Below are positions 58,664 to 64,000 of a stretch of DNA of 64,000 nt, piece after piece (positions within the stretch are counted from its first letter, which is position 1; each line of letters opens with the position of its first letter). The stretch comes from Collinsella sp. (lineage in GTDB: Bacteria > Actinomycetota > Coriobacteriia > Coriobacteriales > Coriobacteriaceae), in the NCBI GenBank assembly GCA_018377855.1, contig JAGZYM010000005.1, forward strand, positions 15,567 to 79,566. The letters run 5' to 3'. The notes under the pieces were generated by a model, which was not told the origin of the DNA, did not search any database, and saw only the letters and a program-made list of their open reading frames with translations. Made by a program: the position numbers and the translations under genes.

Positions 58664-59398
58664 CTAGATATCGAAGCTGTAGCGCGAACCCACGTAGTAC
58701 TGTCTGCCATAGCAGAAGCGCTCTCCGTTGGAATCGAGAAAGCCCGCGTTCATGAAGAACAGCGGCTCCCCTACTGGGACCTTGAGCTCGCGGGCGGCAT
58801 CAATTCCCGCACGGGCGATCTCCAGCCTGCAGGGATCGGACGAGCAGGGATACCTACCCGTACGCTCCCCCACGGCCTCGAATATCGAACAATTGGAGAG
58901 ACCGATATCTTTGAGAAATTCGAATCCATCGACAGGATAGTAGTTGTTCTCGAACAGGACCGGCACGCCGTCTGCGGTACGCACGCGTGAGACCAAGATG
59001 AGGTCAGAGCCTTCATCCAAGCCAAAGAAAGAAGCGAGGTCGCGATCGGCGGCAACGGTCTTGCGGGCAACGACGCGAGCGCCCGCCTTCATGCCGTTTT
59101 CAGCGCATGCTTGGGTAAAACTCTGAACATCGTCCTTCTGATGCACCTTGCGAATTATCTTTGTCGCGGTCACAAACGTACCACGCCCCTGCCGCTTGGT
59201 GAGATACCCCTCGCCCACAAGCTCCTCTATTGCGCGGCGAACCGTGACCCTTCCCACGCCGTACATCTTAGAAAGCTCAAGTTCCGTTGGAATCTGCGAG
59301 TCAACGGGATATGTCCCCTGTTCGATATCGCTCTTAAGCAAATCGAGCACCTGTTGATACAGCGGGGCGGAAGAGCCCCCATCCAGATGCGCATCCAC
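58664..59398 (-). CDS. GntR/HutC-family transcriptional regulator (wHTH + UTRA effector domain)
   Basis: ...ELELSKMYGVGRVTVRRAIEELVGEGYLTKRQGRGTFV... Confidence 0.85.
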   Translation of the reverse strand: MDAHLDGGSSAPLYQQVLDLLKSDIEQGTYPVDSQIPTELELSKMYGVGRVTVRRAIEELVGEGYLTKRQGRGTFVTATKIIRKVHQKDDVQSFTQACAENGMKAGARVVARKTVAADRDLASFFGLDEGSDLILVSRVRTADGVPVLFENNYYPVDGFEFLKDIGLSNCSIFEAVGERTGRYPCSSDPCRLEIARAGIDAARELKVPVGEPLFFMNAGFLDSNGERFCYGRQYYVGSRYSFDI

Positions 59399-59652
59399 AA
59401 AAACTCTCCCTTTAAGGCGTTCGCGATCTCAACGACTCCATTCTACCGCACACGGAAAAATGAGGTTAAACACATAGGGGCCCTGCATGTTTGAGCGTAT
59501 CGGGAATCTGGTCGCTGATTTCGTCCGCATTTGCTTGCGAAAAACCAAAACGCTCCTCGCGCTTGGCGAACACGGTGAGGCCCGCCGCCTTGCACGCAGC
59601 GATCGATGATGCTCGTGTGATGTTGGCTTCCTTCCTTTGCTTGCGAGGCGCG

Positions 59653-61848
59653 TCACTCGTCCTGCTGAGCCGCGGGCCCATCGTTCGGCGTGGCCTGCCT
59701 GCGCGGGGCATGCCGGGAATTGATGTAGTCGTATGCGTAGGCGATCTCCGTGACGGGGACCTCCACGTGGTAATGGGCGGAAATGTCAGAGAAGCTCGTG
59801 CGGAATGCCTCGACGAAATCGTTGTGTTCATTGGCGAAGCGCTGCTCGTCTGCGTAGTTCTCGATGGGGCTTCTGGTCACGAGGCGCTCCACGAGACAAC
59901 ACAGGTGCACGTAGAGCCCCATGCTCACACGAGCGCCAATCACGTCTCCGGTGAGCTGCTGGAGCCGCTCTGCGGCACTCTCGATTTCGCCGAAGAGCTT
60001 GTTGGGGTTAAGGATTGTGATGGACTCGACCACGTTCCTGAGGGTCATGTTCTTGACGAGATTCTGGTGGAACGTGCGCAAGCTGTCAGCGTCGAGCAAG
60101 CGTGCGAAGGCGCGGTCTATCTGGGCCGTTCCTTCGCCGGCGATGAGTTCCTCGAGCGAAATGAACGGGACTCCGTCGGCGTGCGGATTGTCCGTACCGA
60201 TGACCGAGCGCACGTTGTACTGGGAGAAGGCGGCATCCTCAGATCCGTTATTGGCGAGCTGCCGCCAGTCAACGGCGACAAGCCGCGCGGGGGACTCGCC
60301 AGGCAGGCTCTGCGCCACGAGATCGCGGATCCGCGCAGCTGCGTCAAGTCCGCCTTCGGAGCAGAAGACAATCGCGTCCGGTCGGGCGTTGCGCGCCACG
60401 ATGTGATAATTACAGGTGCAAGCTGCCGCAGCATCGTCGAGAACCTCTCGCACGGAGCGACCCGCGATAAGTCCGGCGCCAACCTCCACCGCAAGGCCGG
60501 TAGAGGCGTTGTTTATGATGCCGAGCGTCATGCCGGAGGTGGATTCCAGACTCTTATAAATATCCTGGAGCGATCCCATGTCCACGAGGATGACGACCTC
60601 GTCTGCGTAGGAGAAGCGGTCGATGATTTGCTGAAGAGGAACAGCGACGTCCGTAACCTTCTGGTCGTAGGGCATGTCGATGGCCTCGAAGACCCTCGTG
60701 TCAAGAATCCGATTGGCGGCGTCGGCGATGCTCGTGGCGGTCGAGTAGCCATGACTGAGGACGATACCGACGCTCCGACGACGCTTAGACGGGTCGAGTG
60801 CGAGTGCCGCATGCGCAAGGACGAGCAGACACGTGAGATCGTCGAGTGCGATGCCGAGCGTGGCCTTGAGTTCATCAGCGATGCAGGCGCAGACAGTAAC
60901 GGCAAAGCGGTTGCGCTGGGCCACGACGCCGCGCATGCCGGAAAGCTCGCTTGCATGGGAGCTCTTCCAACGCGAGAGGCTTGCGGGCGGCCACAGCTGG
61001 AGGCAGATGCCCTGGGCGATTAGATGCGAGCTCTTTCGGGACAAATCGATCGAGTAGAGTTCGTTCACGGAAGTGACGACGCTGTCGGCGATCTGCTCGT
61101 ATGCGTCGGACTTCGAGCGGCCCGGGTTTTGCCCGAACGCCAGGTAGTCCTCGAGGTCGCGGGCTCGCTCCACCAGCTGAGCGCTGCACGCGCCCCCATC
61201 AAGCGTGCCTTCGCGATAGCTCTCGTATGGCTCCAGCATGGCGTCGAGTACATGCCGTGCGCGGTCGTCCGCCTGGCTTTGGATGCTCCGGGTGGTGTCG
61301 ATGAGCTGCATGTCGTTCTCGCTGCGCTCGAGTGCGGAGCCGGCAAGGATTGCGGAGGGAAGCTGGTAGGTGCGAATCTCCAGGCTGTCACCCTTCGTGT
61401 CTAGATAGGCCTCGGCGCAACAGTTGGTGATGCAGTCGCGCAGGCCGCGTACGTTCTCCTCGAAGTTGGTGCCGGCGAGGGCTCGGAAGGCTCCGCGACT
61501 TATGAGGATGTCGCGTCCTATGCGTCGGCCCTCCTCCTTGAGGAAGTGGAGAGTCAGTTCCTCACGCTCCTCCTGGGTGCGCTCGCGCAGAGACGGCACC
61601 TGGGCGGACATGGGGATGCGACGCGTGAGGCTGCGGCACTCGGTACTGTCTGCCTCGTTTGAGGTGGCAAAGATAAGGCGCACAGCAGGGGGCTGGCATG
61701 GCGCCCGCCTGTGCGGAGGCCCACTCCAAGAGCGCGTCCTGGGCAGCGGGTGAGAGGGCGTCGACGTCCTTGAGATAAACGATGCCGCCGCTCGCCCGAT
61801 CTGCAGGCCCGCCATCTGCGCACAGGTCGTGAGTGAGCGCGCGGGCAT
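59653..61848 (-). CDS. C-terminal portion of a LevR-like sigma-54-dependent activator (end of AAA+ domain, PRD, EIIA-Man-like, PRD); frame-shifted relative to 61562-62404
   Basis: VRLIFATSNE..., GNVRGL-type segment, EIIA-Man-like SVGIVLSHGYSTATSIADAANRIL. Confidence 0.6.
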   Translation of the reverse strand: MPARSLTTCAQMAGLQIGRAAASFISRTSTPSHPLPRTRSWSGPPHRRAPCQPPAVRLIFATSNEADSTECRSLTRRIPMSAQVPSLRERTQEEREELTLHFLKEEGRRIGRDILISRGAFRALAGTNFEENVRGLRDCITNCCAEAYLDTKGDSLEIRTYQLPSAILAGSALERSENDMQLIDTTRSIQSQADDRARHVLDAMLEPYESYREGTLDGGACSAQLVERARDLEDYLAFGQNPGRSKSDAYEQIADSVVTSVNELYSIDLSRKSSHLIAQGICLQLWPPASLSRWKSSHASELSGMRGVVAQRNRFAVTVCACIADELKATLGIALDDLTCLLVLAHAALALDPSKRRRSVGIVLSHGYSTATSIADAANRILDTRVFEAIDMPYDQKVTDVAVPLQQIIDRFSYADEVVILVDMGSLQDIYKSLESTSGMTLGIINNASTGLAVEVGAGLIAGRSVREVLDDAAAACTCNYHIVARNARPDAIVFCSEGGLDAAARIRDLVAQSLPGESPARLVAVDWRQLANNGSEDAAFSQYNVRSVIGTDNPHADGVPFISLEELIAGEGTAQIDRAFARLLDADSLRTFHQNLVKNMTLRNVVESITILNPNKLFGEIESAAERLQQLTGDVIGARVSMGLYVHLCCLVERLVTRSPIENYADEQRFANEHNDFVEAFRTSFSDISAHYHVEVPVTEIAYAYDYINSRHAPRRQATPNDGPAAQQDE

Positions 61849-62404
61849 CGTCTGCGTAATGCGAGCAGTCGATGCTCACAAGCTTGGCTTCCTGCTGCAG
61901 GACGCCGACGTTCTTGCCGTATTCGAGGGCAAGTTCGGCGAGTAGACCCTTGCCGGTTCCCGAGGCGCCACAGAGCAGGATGGGCAGGCCAGCTGGCGGG
62001 TACTTGAGCGCGGCGCAGAGCTGGCTGATGCAGGGCGCAAGGCTCAGCTCGTGACCGATTGCGCGGTCGAAGTCGAGTCGCTCGCCGTTTCCGAGCGTGG
62101 CGAAGAGCTGCTCGACCGAAGGGTAGGTGCTACGCTCAATGCGAGACTGGAAGAAGCGTTCGAGGGAGCGGCGGTGGAAGTAGCACACCGGTCGTGCCCC
62201 TGCTTTCACCACGAGGCCAGCGCGCACGAGCTCGTTGAGATACTGACTTGCCAGGCTGCGCGAGATGGCGAGCGAGTCGGTTATAGATGCCGTGGTGAAG
62301 TGGTCGAGACGGTTCTGGATGCGCCCGCCCCGCGTGCTGCCAAGCTCGCGCGTGATGCGATCGAGGTAGGCAAGCAGGTCTTTCTGTGTCTCGGGGATGT
62401 TCAT
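61562..62404 (-). CDS. N-terminal portion of the LevR-like activator (wHTH + sigma-54 AAA+ Walker A GASGTGKG); the reading frame ends because of an apparent 1-nt frameshift at a G5 run (61687-61691)
   Basis: MNIPETQKDLLAYL...; ATG 62404 after AGGAGG; LLEWAS should continue into ...VRLIFATSN, which lies in the +1 frame. Confidence 0.6.
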   Translation of the reverse strand: MNIPETQKDLLAYLDRITRELGSTRGGRIQNRLDHFTTASITDSLAISRSLASQYLNELVRAGLVVKAGARPVCYFHRRSLERFFQSRIERSTYPSVEQLFATLGNGERLDFDRAIGHELSLAPCISQLCAALKYPPAGLPILLCGASGTGKGLLAELALEYGKNVGVLQQEAKLVSIDCSHYADDARALTHDLCADGGPADRASGGIVYLKDVDALSPAAQDALLEWASAQAGAMPAPCCAPYLCHLKRGRQYRVPQPHASHPHVRPGAVSARAHPGGA

Positions 62405-62518
62405 GCGGCTGGTCCTCCTTTCGTCCCACACCTTACGGGCGGGGTGGTGCTCGGGACGGGTTGGCACCCGCGTTTTGTCACGGGCACGTGAACTTCGGCA
62501 CTCCATAATACATCTGTA

Positions 62519-62806
62519 GTGGCATATGGCGACTTCTCGACACCTGCGCTCGACACAGCGAGCGGCAACAGCGCTGTCCGCCGAGCGCCTCACGGGCGTA
62601 TCCCAACCGTAGGAGTGCGCTTTGCCACCTTTGACTGCCTCCCTGTCGGCAAGCGGCTCGCCGTTCGCTCCGTCTCTGACCACATCGCTCGAATCGACTC
62701 TGCCGCCGGCGCTGTGGTGGCCGTCGTGCCCGCAAAGGTCATCAAGCAGGCCGACGAGGTCACCGCGGGCAAGGTCTCCCTCGTCGACGCACTCAGGAAT
62801 CTGTAG
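62519..62806 (+). CDS. hypothetical small protein (95 aa)
   Basis: High GC3 ORF followed by hairpin GCGAGGCC...GGCCGCCTCGC right after the TAG stop. Confidence 0.25.
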   Translation: MAYGDFSTPALDTASGNSAVRRAPHGRIPTVGVRFATFDCLPVGKRLAVRSVSDHIARIDSAAGAVVAVVPAKVIKQADEVTAGKVSLVDALRNL

Positions 62807-62952
62807 GCGAGGCCCCTAAGGCCGCCTCGCTGTCGGCAGCCCGGGGCCATGTGCCATCAGGGCACAGGACGAGTCCGGTCGCCGGAATGCGGCCGGACCC
62901 GTTGTTCGCGTGTTTTGCTGGGGGAGTCGCTGTGGCGACGAGGTTCACTGGC

Positions 62953-64000
62953 TTACTTTTCCTGTTCGCGCAGCCCCTTCGCCAAGGCTATGGTGGACAG
63001 TTTGAGTTCGCCATTCGTTACCGTAACAGCAAGCGAGTGGCCGAACTTCTCGCAGACGCGTGTCGTGAGTGCGGTACCGTCGAGGTAGAGGACGAGGATG
63101 TTGTCGTCAACGATGAGCTGCAGGTGGTAAGAACGCCCGGACTCGAGCCAGACTGGCCTCCAAAGCCCCTTATCCATTACGCGGAACCACTTGTAACAGG
63201 GGCTCTTGTCGAACGAGAGCCGATTCGCGTCGAGGTCGAAGCGGTATTCGTACGACTCGTCGGTCTCGAGATTCTTGTAGGCTCGAATTGAGAAGTCGCA
63301 AGCGTCCCTGAACGTCACGTCTGCCTCGAAGCAGAAGATCTCGCCTGCGTTTTCGGTGATTACGCACTCCGTTCGTTCGTGGTCTCCGCGAAGCTCGATA
63401 TCCGGGACGGCATCAGGGCACTCGAACGCATCCTTTATGCTTTGGGGAGGGCGAACGCCGAGGGTGCCATTGGGGCGCTGGTACACCTCATGGGGCATAA
63501 ACGAGCCACCCCAAAGCCAGTTGGCCCGGTCATCGTCGTTCTCGCGCGTGGGGACCCAGCCGGACAGAATCCTGCGCGATCCGTCGAAGGCGGTCCGTCC
63601 GGCGTAATACGCCCTCCCGTCGAAGGCGTCATCTCTCGGCTTCTCCCACGGACCGTAGAGATCGCGGCTCATGCGGTAGACGATCTTGTTCTCGTCGCTG
63701 TACTCAGAGTAGACCAGGTACCACCAATCGCCAATTTTAAAAATGTCTGGCATTTCGAACATGGTGTAGAGGCCGGGGGCCCAGAAGTCGCCCTTGAACT
63801 GCCAGTGCTCGAGGTCCTTCGACGTAAAGTGAACGAGCCTGCCAGTTTGGAGGGTTTTGGAGGGGTCGTCTCCCTTACGCGTGCCCAGTACGAGGAGGTA
63901 TTCCTTCCGGTCGTCATCCCATATTACGAAAGGGTCGCGCCAGTTGCGCCCATCGTATCCTGGCTGAGGCGTGAGCTCTACTGCAACGCCCGTCTTTTTC
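62953..64000 (-). CDS. glycoside hydrolase family 32 (beta-fructofuranosidase/levanase/sucrose-6-phosphate hydrolase), 5'-partial; continues beyond the window end
   Basis: My translation upstream of the annotated Met gives ...RLVHFTSKDLEHWQFKGDFWAPGLYTMFEMPDIFKIGDWWYLVYSEYS...; GH32 C-terminal beta-sandwich. Confidence 0.8.
   Translation of the reverse strand, partial: KKTGVAVELTPQPGYDGRNWRDPFVIWDDDRKEYLLVLGTRKGDDPSKTLQTGRLVHFTSKDLEHWQFKGDFWAPGLYTMFEMPDIFKIGDWWYLVYSEYSDENKIVYRMSRDLYGPWEKPRDDAFDGRAYYAGRTAFDGSRRILSGWVPTRENDDDRANWLWGGSFMPHEVYQRPNGTLGVRPPQSIKDAFECPDAVPDIELRGDHERTECVITENAGEIFCFEADVTFRDACDFSIRAYKNLETDESYEYRFDLDANRLSFDKSPCYKWFRVMDKGLWRPVWLESGRSYHLQLIVDDNILVLYLDGTALTTRVCEKFGHSLAVTVTNGELKLSTIALAKGLREQEK

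Overview
The window is high-GC (about 60-65%) actinobacterial chromosome, most plausibly from an anaerobic Coriobacteriia-type organism. Evidence for that: pyruvate:ferredoxin oxidoreductase, rubrerythrin, carbamate kinase, and the conserved origin-proximal blocks dnaX-ybaB-recR and fhaA-fhaB-pstP-rodA/pbpA-pknB. 

Most of the window is ordinary chromosome:
- Two paralogous LytS/LytTR two-component systems.
- A fructoselysine-like (Amadori product) utilisation operon.
- A LevR-like regulator next to a GH32 fructosidase.
- Two Ser/Thr kinases with polytopic membrane C-termini.
- A SEDS-PBP fusion protein.
- One tRNA-Asp.

The main finding is a roughly 6.2 kb low-GC (about 45%) island at about 28.0-34.2 kb. 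It is bracketed by a roughly 530 bp direct duplication of the 3' half of an FHA-domain gene. The island carries:
- A radical-SAM/SPASM peptide maturase with an N-terminal RRE-like extension.
- Two tandem Cys/Asp-rich precursor peptides sharing an MKHIHP leader. One of them is below the ORF-track cutoff.
- A tiny hydrophobic peptide.
- A divergently oriented ABC exporter.
- A decayed methyltransferase.

This looks like an uncharacterised ranthipeptide/freyrasin-like RiPP locus.

Other points worth follow-up:
- A twice-repeated long hairpin element with fully covarying stems.
- A 45-nt motif present three times downstream of genes.
- A perfect 39-bp inverted repeat beside the tRNA.
- A homopolymer frameshift splitting the LevR-like gene.
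- A MutY-like glycosylase that lacks the Fe-S cysteines.

All coordinates and calls rest on reading the sequence and the ORF translations only. No database searches were run.
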